From IMG/VR virus record IMGVR_UViG_3300035425_000025, positions 10,103 through 74,102 of that record: DNA of 64,000 nt; one strand, given 5' to 3'. Numbering within the stretch: the stretch's first letter is position 1; each line of letters begins with the position of its first letter. Below, one piece after another: positions 29,001 to 41,347 of the stretch. The notes beneath the pieces were generated by a model. That model did no database searches. It saw only the letters and a program-made list of their open reading frames with translations, and had not been told where the DNA came from. The DNA comes from a virus. Taxonomy: Duplodnaviria; Caudoviricetes. The position numbers were made by a program, and so were the translations under genes.

Positions 29001-30764
29001 TTGAGACTGAGCGGAAATATCTACAGAGAAATAATAAGAGGGTGGCATAATGGTTGTACGTGGGAAAATAAATGGGTTTATATCATGGAACGGCTGGTAT
29101 TATGGATATATAAAATTAAAGCGTGAAAATAAGTATTACAGATCAAAAAATGTTAGGTTTGATGATACTTGTGGTGGAACAGAAGAATGTACTGAAGAGC
29201 AATATCATGAAGCGGCAGAAAAATATGCTAAAATATTTAGATGAATGGATTATTTCATTGGAAAAGATTGGAGGAAAATATGGAAAAGTATAAGAGCATT
29301 GGAATTTATGAAAAAGGTGATGTGATTATGTGTGATAATATACTATTGGACGATGTTGTATGGGAAATAGCATTGATTCGAGAAATTAAGGGAGAACCAT
29401 TAGGAAGATTAAACTTGGTTAATGTTCCAGTTTATGACATAAATAGTGTAGATTGTGATATTGTTAATATATTTTCTGTAGAGGCTTGGAAAAAAATATA
29501 CGAAAGCGATTTGCTTCAAGATGCAGGATATGATGGCAGTATTTTAAATTGGTTAATTAAGCAGAAGAGAGAAATTCCTGAAGACCTTTTGGATTATGTG
29601 AGAGACCATTTTGAAGGTGACACAAGAAACCTTTTGTCTGATGCAGGTAATTTATCAAATGCCAAGTGGTTATATAAAAATGGAGCTATCTTAGAACCTG
29701 AAGGCCGCGAAAGTTCTGTAAAAGAATGGTGGGGAATGTGGCGGGATAAAAATCATGTTGAGATGTACGAATACTTTTTTGGTAAAAATGGGATATGTGC
29801 TTAATTGGATGAAATGATTGCTCTATTTAAAATATTTTGGAGGAAAACATTTATGAAAATTGTAATAGAGAATATGGAAGAATTATCTAAGCGTTTAAAA
29901 TATTTTTCTCAATTAAAAACAGATCAATTAAAAGAAATTTTATTATTGACATTTGAAGAAGCAAATTTTTTATTAAATGAAAAAGAAAATGGTGAGTATA
30001 CTTTTTATTTTGATGATGATAGTTGGATAAAACCAGAAAAAAATGGTATATATGTTAAAATTGGTTTTCGTAGTGACTTTATACAAGGGTTTAAGTTTCG
30101 TATGGACTTTATACAAGGTTTTATGTTTCGGGATTTTTTTTGTTGTAGTGTAAAATGGATTTATCTTTTTGATGAAAAAGGTAAATATGATATCGGTGAT
30201 TATGAGATTGAGTTTTCAAACATTTTAACTTCAAAATATAATGTATTAATGAAAAAATGGTTTGGAAAAGATTATATTATAGATTTGTTACATGCTCGTT
30301 TCCCATACGAATTTTCAGTAGATTCTTTGATTGGTTTAAAAGAAGAAACGTTAAATTATATATTCAATGATAGAAATGATAAAATGATGAATAGGGAAAA
30401 GAAAACATTAGATAAGAGGGATAATATATTTAAAAATATAAATGGACAAAGTATAGAAATGAAGTCTTTTTCAAACATTGAAACTGAATTATATAGAAAA
30501 ATAGATAATTTTAGAAATTCTGATTGTTTTATATTATATGTCAGTGATGAAGTGGAAAATACTAATATTATTAAATTTAATTTTACATTAGATGAAGATA
30601 GTGAAAAAGTATTAATAATAAAAACAAATTGTAATAAAAATGAAATTTTGTTAAGGGTAGGAAAGAACAGTGATTTTTTTGAAAATTGGCCCACATTGAA
30701 AGAAGAAATTATAAAATTTATTTCTGATTATATTCCATATGATAAATTTTATTATTTATGTTAG
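26001..30764 (+). other. run of ~15 short hypothetical accessory genes (26001, 26214, 26459, 26758, 27034, 27258, 27771, 28001, 28279, 28582, 28835, 29050, 29241, 29805)
   Basis: Co-oriented ORFs with RBS, many separated by the TRAAW-N6-TTTYA motif. Confidence 0.75.
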
Positions 30765-31017
30765 TATATAAATTTTTTTCTAAAAAAGCCACATTTGTTT
30801 ATGTGATTGAACACGACAAAAGTTTAAATGCTGCTATTGAAGAAGCTATTGGAAATATGGTCAGAGTGTAGGAGGCTGAAAGACTAAAGTATTATTTACA
30901 GTTAAAATAATAGATTCATCCAGTGTGTTGAGGAATGGAATCGTGTAAAAGCGATTCTTTTTCTTTACATATTATTTAGAATGTGATAACATATAAATAG
31001 AAAGGATGTGATAACAA

Positions 31018-31596
31018 GTGTCAAAAGATGATTACATTCGTTTTAGATGCTCTACTGCATTGAAAGAATTGGCAGGAAAACAAGCAGAAGAAAAAGGAAT
31101 GAATATAACTGATTATATGGAATATCTGATAAGAAAGGATGGAAATAATATGATGTATGTTTACAATACAGAGAAAATGACTGATGATATAAAAGAAAAA
31201 ATTATCAATAATGGATTGGCGGTTATTATAAATGAGGTCAACTTGCTGTCAAAAGTTGACGAACTTGTAATTGATGGAAATGTAATAAAAAGCAGTTATT
31301 CTCTTGATGAATATATTGAGATGTTTGATGGCGGAGACTATATCAAATTAGCAGGTGTTGAAGTGACAATGTTGGAGTCAATTCAAATGTTACTGGAAGA
31401 ATTATACCAGCCTTGCAATAATGAAGGAATAATATATGCAGAAAGAATTTATAATTCTGATAATCCTTATGTAGAAATTAGAAAACTTATTAATGAATTT
31501 CTTTTAATAAGAATTGATAGTGTAATGACGGAAATTCAAATGAAAATTGATCTTGTTAAAAAAGGTATAGAAGATGGAACGTTTGAATGGGGATGA
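31018..31596 (+). CDS. protein with N-terminal RHH domain
   Basis: DYIRFRCSTALKELAGKQAEEKGMNITDYMEYLI; ATGTGATAACA direct repeat upstream (30981, 31006). Confidence 0.65.
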   Translation: MSKDDYIRFRCSTALKELAGKQAEEKGMNITDYMEYLIRKDGNNMMYVYNTEKMTDDIKEKIINNGLAVIINEVNLLSKVDELVIDGNVIKSSYSLDEYIEMFDGGDYIKLAGVEVTMLESIQMLLEELYQPCNNEGIIYAERIYNSDNPYVEIRKLINEFLLIRIDSVMTEIQMKIDLVKKGIEDGTFEWG

Positions 31597-32578
31597 AATA
31601 TATGATGAAATAGAAGTGTTCGATATGGTTAGAAAGGGAGAATTAAAAAGATACCCACATAGTTTCTGGAGTCTTGCTGATGGGAAAATTCGTGCCATTA
31701 ATATTTTAAAATATGTACTAGAAAATATTTTGAATTGGAATGATGAGGATATTGTTCAAAATTATGATGTAAATGTTTTTGGTAAATATAAAATTAGGGG
31801 GATATTGAGTCGTGTATTCAATAATTCTCCATTTGAAGCATTAAATGCTGTTTATCCCAACAAATTTAAAATATGGCAGTTTAGAGTTCCTAATAATTAT
31901 TGGAAAGAGAATGACCATGTTATAGAAGCTGTAAGGGATATTTATGAAAATAAATTAGGAATAAAAAGTATATCAGACATTTATAAAATTACGAATCATG
32001 AAGATATTTTTGAAAAGTATGGATTGGATGCTATACCTAGAGTTCAGAAAAAATCAATTCATGATGTTATAGGAATGGCATATGCTGGATTAGAAGAAGA
32101 AAAATTTTTAAAATCAAGCGCATCTCATTATGATTTGGATAAACAAATAGAAATATTTAAACAAAAAAATAGTGATGATAATTTGACTCATGATGATATA
32201 ATACAAATGACAGCAGAACAATTTAGAAATAGTGATTTGTTTTCGGTTGCTGTAAAAAAACATCATTTAGGAATTTATGAAATAGTTGAACTGGCATATC
32301 CGGGAGAGTATAAACCCTGGGAATTTTCTTATATTGGAAAGGGATTTTGGAAGAATGAAGAAAATATTGTGAAGGCAATTAAATGGTTATTTGAAGAAAG
32401 ATTGCATATTGATCCAAAAACTACAGTACGGATTTCAAAGGAAGATTTTTATAAAAATAGTCTTGGAAGTTTAATTACTTATGGGAATATTAATCGTATT
32501 GGAGTGAAAGAGTTAATAAGAATAGCTTATCCTGATTGCGATATTATTTTCAAGAAGAAAAAATTGGATAAAATCTAA
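31574..32578 (+). CDS. DUF4046-like protein
   Basis: Repeated F/YW...AIKWLFEERL units; YPNKFKIWQF and YPGEYKPWEF. Confidence 0.7.
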   Translation: MERLNGDEIYDEIEVFDMVRKGELKRYPHSFWSLADGKIRAINILKYVLENILNWNDEDIVQNYDVNVFGKYKIRGILSRVFNNSPFEALNAVYPNKFKIWQFRVPNNYWKENDHVIEAVRDIYENKLGIKSISDIYKITNHEDIFEKYGLDAIPRVQKKSIHDVIGMAYAGLEEEKFLKSSASHYDLDKQIEIFKQKNSDDNLTHDDIIQMTAEQFRNSDLFSVAVKKHHLGIYEIVELAYPGEYKPWEFSYIGKGFWKNEENIVKAIKWLFEERLHIDPKTTVRISKEDFYKNSLGSLITYGNINRIGVKELIRIAYPDCDIIFKKKKLDKI

Positions 32579-32605
32579 GTTTTAAGTATAAAATGGAGAA
32601 TAAGA

Positions 32606-33217
32606 ATGAGAGAAAGTAAATTATTTATTTCTTTGGGGATAGAATATGCTTCAAACTTATTCAAACAACCTAAAAATAGAAATATTTATGAAGATACAAA
32701 TTTTCCGCCAACGAAGCCAATTATGGGTGGATTTTGGGGATCTACGTATTTGAGGACTGGAAATTTTAAATCGTACTGGGAGAAATATATTTATGAGAAA
32801 CTGAATGTTAAAATGTTTGAACATAAACTTAATCATTCTTCTACAATATTTTCACTGAAAGAAAGTGCAAATATATTGTTTTTGGATAGCTTTCAAGATA
32901 TATGGATAGATATGAAATTGCAACAATCAAATTTACCACTTAGACTTGTTAAGATTGCAGGAAATGTGCCTAAACAATATGAAAATCATATGTTTTTGAA
33001 TTTTGAAGATTGTGTATATGATGCAATATATGTAAGTCAAAATTTTGTGGAATGTGTAGATTATGTATTGAAAGAGTTTGAACGAAGGATATTATCTAAT
33101 GAAAATGCGGATGATTTAGCTCAAGCATTATATTTTGCGGAGATGTTTGAGGATTGGAATGTGGATTCAGTATTAGTGTTAAATAAGGATATTATTAATG
33201 TGATTGATACTCAATAA
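32606..33217 (+). CDS. hypothetical protein (KPxxGGFW motif)
   Basis: ORF track. Confidence 0.65.
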   Translation: MRESKLFISLGIEYASNLFKQPKNRNIYEDTNFPPTKPIMGGFWGSTYLRTGNFKSYWEKYIYEKLNVKMFEHKLNHSSTIFSLKESANILFLDSFQDIWIDMKLQQSNLPLRLVKIAGNVPKQYENHMFLNFEDCVYDAIYVSQNFVECVDYVLKEFERRILSNENADDLAQALYFAEMFEDWNVDSVLVLNKDIINVIDTQ

Positions 33218-33282
33218 AATTAGATATTTAAGTATAAAATTAGTTATATGGACATATACTTTAAAGAATAGGGGGTGGTATA

Positions 33283-33534
33283 GTGCCTGTAGTATCTGAA
33301 CTTTCTGAAATGAATACAGAAGATATATTGGAATTAATCAATGAAGTATATGAATATGAACATAATAGCATTGATATAGAAAATTTTCCGAAACTAAATG
33401 CATTATATACAAGTAGAGATTTTCATAGTGAGCGTGTAATGATAAATTCTTATGTAATACCAGAAGCAGAACGAAGGTTTCACAAAATAGTTCCAATATT
33501 GTTAAAACATAATATAAATGAATATCTGAAATAA
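33283..33534 (+). CDS. hypothetical protein
   Basis: ORF track. Confidence 0.55.
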   Translation: MPVVSELSEMNTEDILELINEVYEYEHNSIDIENFPKLNALYTSRDFHSERVMINSYVIPEAERRFHKIVPILLKHNINEYLK

Positions 33535-33625
33535 TTAGTCAAAATATTTTAGATTGTAAAGGCATTTGGAAAATAAAAATCCAGATGCTTTTTATTATAC
33601 AAAAAATTAAAATAAAAAGGAGAAA

Positions 33626-34576
33626 ATGATTATGAAACAGAAACAAAATGGCACAGAAAACAAGAAAAATGAAGTATGTGGAATGACAAAAGATCAGATG
33701 ATTGAACTGATGGAGAAAATCAACAGAGGACGCAAGGATAATTTAGAAAGTCGCAAGAGTGCATTAAATACTCTTGTTGGCGCATTTCCAGTAGGTGGAA
33801 AGGTATTTGCGGTGGTAGCCTTGGATGAATTACATATTGATGAATCTTATCAGCGGCCATTGCAGAATCATGTAAAAATTATTGCTAGAGACTGGAATCC
33901 TACAAAGTGTGATCCGCTGAAGATTAATTTCCGCGAGGATGGAAATCTTTATGTGTGGGATGGACAGCACCGTTTAGAAGCAGCGCGATTGCGTGGAATT
34001 AAATATTTGTTATGCGATATTACGGTTGGTCTTACTCAAGAGCAGGAAGCAGAATTGTTTGGTTGTCAAGGAATGGGAATTAAGAAGCCTGATCCGTATG
34101 ATATTTTCAAAGCTAATGTGTGTGCTGGCGAGGAAATTGACACAGCTATCAAGAATATGTGTGACAATTATAATTTACTGGTCAGCAGAAACAATAAGAA
34201 GGCAGGGAATTTATCTTGCCTGACACTTGCTAGAGACATTTTTAAAAGAGGGGATAAAGAATATTTTGAGTGGGTATTGGAATTGCTGCATAAAGCAAGG
34301 TGGAATGAATTTCCTCAGTCTCATTGCCATCGGATAGTTAATTCTTTGTATGAAATAAGGAAATCCTCTGAAGAACAGAATGAATTTGTACAGCGGAAAT
34401 TGATTGCATATTTGAAGAAAACTAATCCGGACGACCTACTGATTAATGCTACTATTAAATACCCACAGTTTAAAGATGAGAGTAAAAAGTTGAAATTATT
34501 CTTGTTGGATATAGTGAACGGAGATAGCGATCCTGCTGGAGAAGTAGTTGGAAAACAGAATAGATTTATTGCATAA
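33626..34576 (+). CDS. ParB/Srx-fold protein (DUF6551-like)
   Basis: LHIDESYQRPL...YVWDGQHRLEAA. Confidence 0.7.
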   Translation: MIMKQKQNGTENKKNEVCGMTKDQMIELMEKINRGRKDNLESRKSALNTLVGAFPVGGKVFAVVALDELHIDESYQRPLQNHVKIIARDWNPTKCDPLKINFREDGNLYVWDGQHRLEAARLRGIKYLLCDITVGLTQEQEAELFGCQGMGIKKPDPYDIFKANVCAGEEIDTAIKNMCDNYNLLVSRNNKKAGNLSCLTLARDIFKRGDKEYFEWVLELLHKARWNEFPQSHCHRIVNSLYEIRKSSEEQNEFVQRKLIAYLKKTNPDDLLINATIKYPQFKDESKKLKLFLLDIVNGDSDPAGEVVGKQNRFIA

Positions 34577-34692
34577 TACATATTACGGTTGCTGACTTTC
34601 ATCGGTTAGTAGCCGATTTATTCCACGCTGTAGAGTGTTGGATTGTGCTCTATATTTCTCCACGAAAAAGAGAAGTAGTTTATATAAAATGA

Positions 34693-35656
34693 TTGGAGGA
34701 AAATAGAATGAAATCAATAAATATGGTAAAAGAATTAGGAATTGAACTAATGAAATTGAGTGACACCATTGATTCGCAAGAATTGATTATTGAAAGATAT
34801 CGGTTAAAGACAGCAATGTATAAGGCTTCTTTTTTCCATAGAAATGATTTAGCAATAAAAATTCAACAACAGATTATAGAAAATAATGATGCTGAAACAG
34901 GAGAATTTGATGGATTTTGTTATGCTTCATGGAGGTCAAATGCAATATATAGGACTTTGGAAGATCTGATTGAACAAAGAATAATTTCAAAAGAAGAATA
35001 TAATTTTTGTAACGAATAGCTTGAAATCATCGTTTCAACTCACGGAGGGAAAACAATGAGGAAAATACTCAAAAATAATAATAAATCAAAAAGGATCAAC
35101 GGAACAGCTAAAGGTAAAATCGGAGCACCACTAAATATAATGGATAAGTATATGAACAATTTAACTATAGGTGATGAGATTAAGTATGGCGAATATAAGG
35201 GGATTCTTTTATATAACCATTATTACGATCAGTATGGTGTGGCTTTAGATTATAGTATGTGGTACGGAAATGATAAATACAATATAGATTCATACGGAAA
35301 ATTTATTGAAATTCCTATGGATAATGGAGCGAGGATGGAGATTGAGTTGATAAATCATGCAAAATAAAATTGGAGGTGTATTTATGGAATATAAAATTAC
35401 TCATGTTTGGGATGACAGTATAAACAATGTTCATCATATCACTATTGAATATAATGGAAATTCTTACAGTGTTATTTTTGGAAGATATATCAATGGTGGA
35501 TTTTTTAGTGTCCCTAATTGGGGTGTTGGAGGAGAACTTGGACAGTTCTGTGATACATTTTGGAATGAGGAATCTTTATACAGAGTATTGAAAAGTAAAA
35601 GAGCAGCTAAAGTTATCGCATTAGCAATTGCAGAGTTTGGAGAGATGGAGGAATAA
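34693..35656 (+). other. three hypothetical genes (34693, 35056, 35357)
   Basis: ORF track; GGAGG RBSs. Confidence 0.7.
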
Positions 35657-35658
35657 TT

Positions 35659-36519
35659 ATGGGAAATAAAACAAAGCAAATAGGTAAAACAGAAGTGTAT
35701 CCGTTCTGGGATATGGAAGATATTAAGAACATGATGGACTACTTTAAGATGAAAGAGATGTGGCATTGGTATTTAGTATTTAACTTTGGATTGCTTCTGG
35801 GGAGACGCATAAGTGACACACTTTCGCTAAAATGGTCTGATTTTTTCTATGAAAATAGAAGATTGAAGGATGAGACAGATATAGTGGAATGGAAAACAGG
35901 GAAGACTGTCAGACTATATATTTGTCCAGCTTGTCAAGAAGCATTGAAATTATATATTGATAAAACTGGCACAGACCCGATGGATAATTATAACGATTTT
36001 GTTTATGGAACTGCTCAAATGTCACAGTTATTAGAAAATAAAGAAGAGTATCCTGAAGAAGATTGGAAGGAACTAATGATGAAAGCAATACAAAGTCATG
36101 CTGCAGCATTTAGAAAACAGTTTAAGTTAGCAGCAGATGCCTGTAATATACAATATGCGACTTCGACTCATAGTCTTAGGAAAAATTTTGGATACTGGTC
36201 AGTTAAACTTCATCCATATGATGTGACAACTGTAGACAAATTGCAAGGGATATTTTCACATTCTGATCGCAATACAACTCTTCGCTATATCGGAATTTCA
36301 AGAGAAGATGAAAAGAAATTATATTGTGATATGGGAGATTTTATCACTGATATTTCTAACGGTAAAAAGCCTGTAATAAAGAATAGTCCTGTATTGGCAA
36401 TAAAATCAGAAGACGCAAGAGAATTATTTAGCAAGTGCTTTGATATGGCAAAAGACGGAGAAGAGAAGTTTGAAGTTATAAACAGAATTCTTGGTATGGC
36501 AGAGAAATGTATGGTATAA
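35659..36519 (+). CDS. tyrosine recombinase (catalytic domain only, XerC/D-like)
   Basis: LGRRISDTLSLKW, EWKTGK, STHSLRKNFGY, IFSHSDRNTTLRYIG. Confidence 0.9.
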   Translation: MGNKTKQIGKTEVYPFWDMEDIKNMMDYFKMKEMWHWYLVFNFGLLLGRRISDTLSLKWSDFFYENRRLKDETDIVEWKTGKTVRLYICPACQEALKLYIDKTGTDPMDNYNDFVYGTAQMSQLLENKEEYPEEDWKELMMKAIQSHAAAFRKQFKLAADACNIQYATSTHSLRKNFGYWSVKLHPYDVTTVDKLQGIFSHSDRNTTLRYIGISREDEKKLYCDMGDFITDISNGKKPVIKNSPVLAIKSEDARELFSKCFDMAKDGEEKFEVINRILGMAEKCMV

Positions 36520-36695
36520 TATGGGAGGACAATTCTATGACAAAATTGGATTATAGACAATATCTTATTAACAAACAAAAAGATATATCGGAAGAAGGAA
36601 AAAATGTTAGAGAGCCTATGGCAGCAATTACATATCGATGTCTTATAAATCTTTTAGAAGATGTTTTGGAAAAATTTGATAGTATAAAAGATTGA
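36507..36695 (+). CDS. hypothetical protein
   Basis: GGGAGG RBS. Confidence 0.55.
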   Translation: MYGIIWEDNSMTKLDYRQYLINKQKDISEEGKNVREPMAAITYRCLINLLEDVLEKFDSIKD

Positions 36696-37522
36696 TTTTA
36701 TTGGAGGATATTATGGGAAAGAAAAAAATAGAAAAAGAATTGACTAAAGAGGAAAAATTACAACAGGAAAAGGAAAGAGGAATAGAGCAAATACAGATGG
36801 AACTGCCTTTTATAAATACGCCATCATATTTTTTTAATGTGGGTGATAAAGTAAGTTATGGTGCGATTAAAGAAAGTGTTGTTGAAGATATTTTGTATGA
36901 TGGAAAAGTATATGTTTTAAAGTGCGTTGCGACTAATAATAATTATGGACGTCCTTATGATTATGAAACTTACCGTGTTACATCATGGACAAATGTAAGA
37001 CCGATTTGTCCTGATAATGATACTAATTTCTCTGAAAACCAGGATGTACGATTGGACTACTATAACTCAACTATAGAAAGTCTGTTGAGAAGGAATTATG
37101 TTTTTGGAATAGACTTTGATCCAGATTATCAGAGAGGATATGTTTGGGATGTGAAGGACAAGGAAATGTTATTAGATAGCATTTTTAAAAATATAGATAT
37201 TGGAAAGTTTGTATTGATTCATATATCAGATGAAGAATGGCATAAGAGAGGATTAAGTTATGAAATACTTGATGGAAAGCAGCGTTTAAGCACTCTCATT
37301 GAGTTTTATGAGAACAAATTAGCATACAAAGGGAAGTATTATAATGATTTGAGTGGAATGGATAAGAGGACTTTTACAGAACATCAAGTTGCTGTCGCAG
37401 AAGTAAGGGAAACGGACAAGAAGACAGTATTAAAATATTTCCTGATGCTCAACAGAACTGGAAAATCTATGGATGAATCGCATCTGTTAGAAGTAGAAAA
37501 GATGCTGGATAGTATGAAATAG
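36692..37522 (+). CDS. DUF262 (GmrSD N-terminal/ParB-like) domain protein
   Basis: DFDPDYQRGYVW...LLDSIF...ILDGKQRL...FLMLNRTG. Confidence 0.85.
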   Translation: MILLEDIMGKKKIEKELTKEEKLQQEKERGIEQIQMELPFINTPSYFFNVGDKVSYGAIKESVVEDILYDGKVYVLKCVATNNNYGRPYDYETYRVTSWTNVRPICPDNDTNFSENQDVRLDYYNSTIESLLRRNYVFGIDFDPDYQRGYVWDVKDKEMLLDSIFKNIDIGKFVLIHISDEEWHKRGLSYEILDGKQRLSTLIEFYENKLAYKGKYYNDLSGMDKRTFTEHQVAVAEVRETDKKTVLKYFLMLNRTGKSMDESHLLEVEKMLDSMK

Positions 37523-37534
37523 GCAGTTGAAAAC

Positions 37535-38005
37535 TTGATTTTATTGGAGGTTTTAATGGAAGATAATTATACTGGCGATATGATTCTGATAGATAGATTA
37601 TCAGAATTTTATCCTGTTAATAGTTGGTCATGGAATGAAGGCGAGGTTGTAGAACTTGATGACATTGCTTGTGCAATTCATGAAGGACATCCAGAGGAAT
37701 CAGAGCCGTTTGGTGATACATGGAAACATCCTTGTATGGAGAATAAATCTACTGAGTGGCATATAGGAAGGATTTTATATTTTATAAAACATCCAGAGGA
37801 AATTAGAGATATAGAGGTTGATAATCTATACAGTGGAGATTATATTTTCCCTGTACCTTCAATCATTGATGGAAACCATAGATTCATGGCAGCTATGTGG
37901 TTACAGGATCAAGGAAAGATGGGAAAAGTTCATTGTAGATATGGTGGTAGAATGGATTTGTTGGATTATCTGGTTGGGAAAACTGATGTGTGCCCTGATG
38001 AATAG
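37535..38005 (+). CDS. ParB-like domain protein
   Basis: IIDGNHRFMAA. Confidence 0.55.
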   Translation: MILLEVLMEDNYTGDMILIDRLSEFYPVNSWSWNEGEVVELDDIACAIHEGHPEESEPFGDTWKHPCMENKSTEWHIGRILYFIKHPEEIRDIEVDNLYSGDYIFPVPSIIDGNHRFMAAMWLQDQGKMGKVHCRYGGRMDLLDYLVGKTDVCPDE

Positions 38006-38017
38006 GCGAGGTGGTTA

Positions 38018-41000
38018 TATGGATTATAAGGAATGGGAATCTTTAAAAACTGGAGATAGAGTAAAAAGACTTTTTGAAGGCGCAGGAACCATTATCGCAA
38101 GTTGTGGCATTGGACGTGTGGTTAGATTTGATAGTGGAAAAGTAGAAAGAATATCTGATGGAGATTTACATAAGATAGTCAGTCGAAAGAAAGGTGACGA
38201 TTAAATGAAAGTATTATATTGTGATTGTTGTAAGCGTAAAATTGGAGACTATGAACAGGTGTATTCTATTGAAATAAAACATGGAGTTGATAATGAATTT
38301 ATATTAGATGATGTTTGCGATGAGTGTTATGAAAAATTCAAAGATATTATAGAAAATGCTGAAAGATGGAGACAAAATAGGCAATAAATGTCTGATTTTA
38401 TAGATATAGAAAAAGTATTATTGTATATTTTTGAACTAAGGAGTTAAATCTATGAAAAAGTACACAGATTTGGATAAAGAATTAAAAAAAATAAGGCATA
38501 AATGGGAATATGATTTATATGAAGTGAACTTAGAATCTCAGAATATAATTGATAAGTTTTATAAAGAAGATATTTCTGAAAATGATATGATGTGTAGAAA
38601 ATATCAATTAGAATTATACCTTAATAGAAGAAATATTTTATTCTTCCCAATTATAATAACTATAATTTTTGGACTTTTGGTAAATCTAGTTTTTAATAAA
38701 ATTAGTAGTATTCCTAATTTTATTGAAATGTTTCAAAAATTACAGTCCATACCTACTACGCCAGAAAATATGTTTGAACTCATAAAGTTATATGCTGTGT
38801 TAATTATTTTGTTTATTTTGGTGGTGCTTGTTTTTGTTTCTGTATTTTTTATCCCCTTCCCGCCACTTTATTTTGTGATTGAACTTGGAGAGAATAAGGT
38901 ACATCAGAGGGAATACGAACTAAAAATTTTAGGGGATAAAATAAATAAAAAATTAGAAGAAAATAAAAATGGGAAAGAATATAGTTCAGATATCAGAAAA
39001 AAACCGAAAATCAAATTTATTTTTTTATCCATTTTTATGATAATCATATCTATTGTAATTGGTATATATTGGAGATTGACATTGGATAAAATATTATTAA
39101 TAGATTTATTTGGCATTATGTGTGGATATTTCATAACAAAGATAGATATAGATAAATAGAATTCGATTTTCATTAGGAGGTTTTATGGAAGAATTATTAC
39201 AAAGCAAAGGATTTAGTCTCAATACTTATCCAGAAGGAAAGTTTTGGGAGCTAACAGTTGAAGACAATGAGAATTTAAAATTGAAAATCTGTAAGATATT
39301 CAATGCAGAAATTGAAGTAACTGTAAACGGATCAGATATAGAAACACTCATCTTACAATGTGCAGAGGATTTTACAAAATGTATTTTCTATTATGACTGT
39401 AATCCATTTGATATGGAAACTGATGATTTTATGAAGTGTGTGAAGAAGATATAGTTGAAATGAAGGAGATAGATTATGATAACAGGAGATAGAAAGTTAG
39501 GGTTTCAATATAGAGATTTAATTATTGAGCAACTTAAAAAAGAAATAAATCCAAGTGAAGAAAGACTACAAAAGATGATTAATAGACTTAATAATGCTTC
39601 TTCTGATGAATTAGAAAGAGTCTATGAAGCATTTGATAGATTTGGTGTGCAATCAATTATGGATGCAGTTTGTGAGTAAGATTGGAGAAAATATTATGAA
39701 TAATGAATTGTATAGAGTAATATATAAAGGAGTAAATGGATGATTCCAGTTAAGTGATGATATGGATTTTGATGCAGCGTGTCAATTTAGAAACAAATGT
39801 TTAAACATTGGATATGACACCGCTTATGTAATTCAGATTGTGGAGTGATAGTAGATATGATGGAGATGAATTATAAACCTAAATTTTATGATTGTATATT
39901 AAATGGAATAAGAACGGAAGGAAGTAAGCACTTATTTCATTTAACAGAAAAAAACACTGATGAAAAAAATCAAATGCAGATTGAGGTGGATCAGCCATCA
40001 GATTTGATTTTAGAAAGAATGAAGGAATGCATTCTTGGGAAAAGAAAAATACTATATTTAACCAATGGAATGAGAGATATTGATGTATCTTATCTTGGAG
40101 ATAATAAATGGCAGTTATTTGATGAGTTTGATATTTTTGAGTTTGAGATGAGTGTATAAGAGCAGATAATTTTTAGAGGTGATGGTTAAAAATGATTACT
40201 TGGAAATGTTTATATAAGTTGGATAAAGAAGAATTGTCAGGAATTGTAAATGACATTAAGAACGGTGAAAGTTATACTATTTTTGGTTGGGAAGATACAT
40301 ATCCGACAGATGATGATATTTTGAAGTATGCTGCTAGATGTGGGGTGAGGTGATTGATATGAATAGAAAAATGAATAATCCTTCTTGGTGCTGTGATAAG
40401 ATAGAAGAATTGCTACAAGAATATAAAAATAAGCAAGAAGATTCTCATGATCCAGCAGAATATGAGACATATAAAGAAGTTATTGAAGATTTGGAGAAGA
40501 TTTTATATGAATGATTGGAGAATGTGAGTATGGATAAGAAATTCAAACATGGAGATAGAGTTTATCACAGAAATTTGAAGCAATATGGATTCTTTATTGG
40601 ATATGCATGGGAATCTGAGGAAGAATGCGATGTGGATTTTGAAACAGAAGATGGAGAAATTGAGCAGAAACACGTAAGTGTTAGTTGGTTGGAACCAGCG
40701 CAGAAAACATACAATAAAGAAGTTATGGAAGCTCTTAGACAGCGCAGAGGATTAGAACCTGGCGATGCATCACAGGATGCAGAAATTATGAGTATGGCGA
40801 AACAGGATATATTTAATGAATATTGCCAGTGGAATGGGTTACTTGGTGGATATGGATATTTGTTATTGAATGTTGTGGAAAATATTTATGATATAAATTT
40901 GCAACAGTAAATTTTTAGATTGGAGGATATCATGCTTGATGTTGGATTAGATAATGGTAAATATACTTCGTGTTTAAATTGTAACGAGAAGCAAGATGAA

Positions 41001-41300
41001 TATAGAAAAATATATTCAATTACTATAGGAAATTTGAATCCATTAAAAATAAATTTATGTACCGAATGCATGGGCGTGTTGGTTTCTAAAATGACATATG
41101 CGTTTAATATGGAATTTCCAAATAATGATAAGACAGATTACGATACTGAATTGGAAATTGAAAGCAAATTAAGAATTTTACTTAATAAGAAAATTTCTGG
41201 AACTTGGAATGAAGATTGTCAAAAGGAATTAGATTCTCTTAACGAAGAAAAAATGTGCAATTCTCATAGATTGCTTTATAGAGATGTTTGTAATTGGTAA
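38018..41300 (+). other. run of short hypothetical genes, including a membrane protein (38452-39159)
   Basis: ORFs at 38018, 38205, 38452, 39185, 39476, 39845, 40192, 40359, 40515, 40920. Confidence 0.7.
39696..39848 (+). pseudogene. small gene with in-frame TGA at codon 16 (39741)
   Basis: RBS plus ATG; frame continues 34 codons past TGA and meets the next gene. Confidence 0.55.
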
Positions 41301-41347
41301 ATGATAGTCTTGAAATCCGGTTTTCATTTGTATAGGGGGATAAAAAT

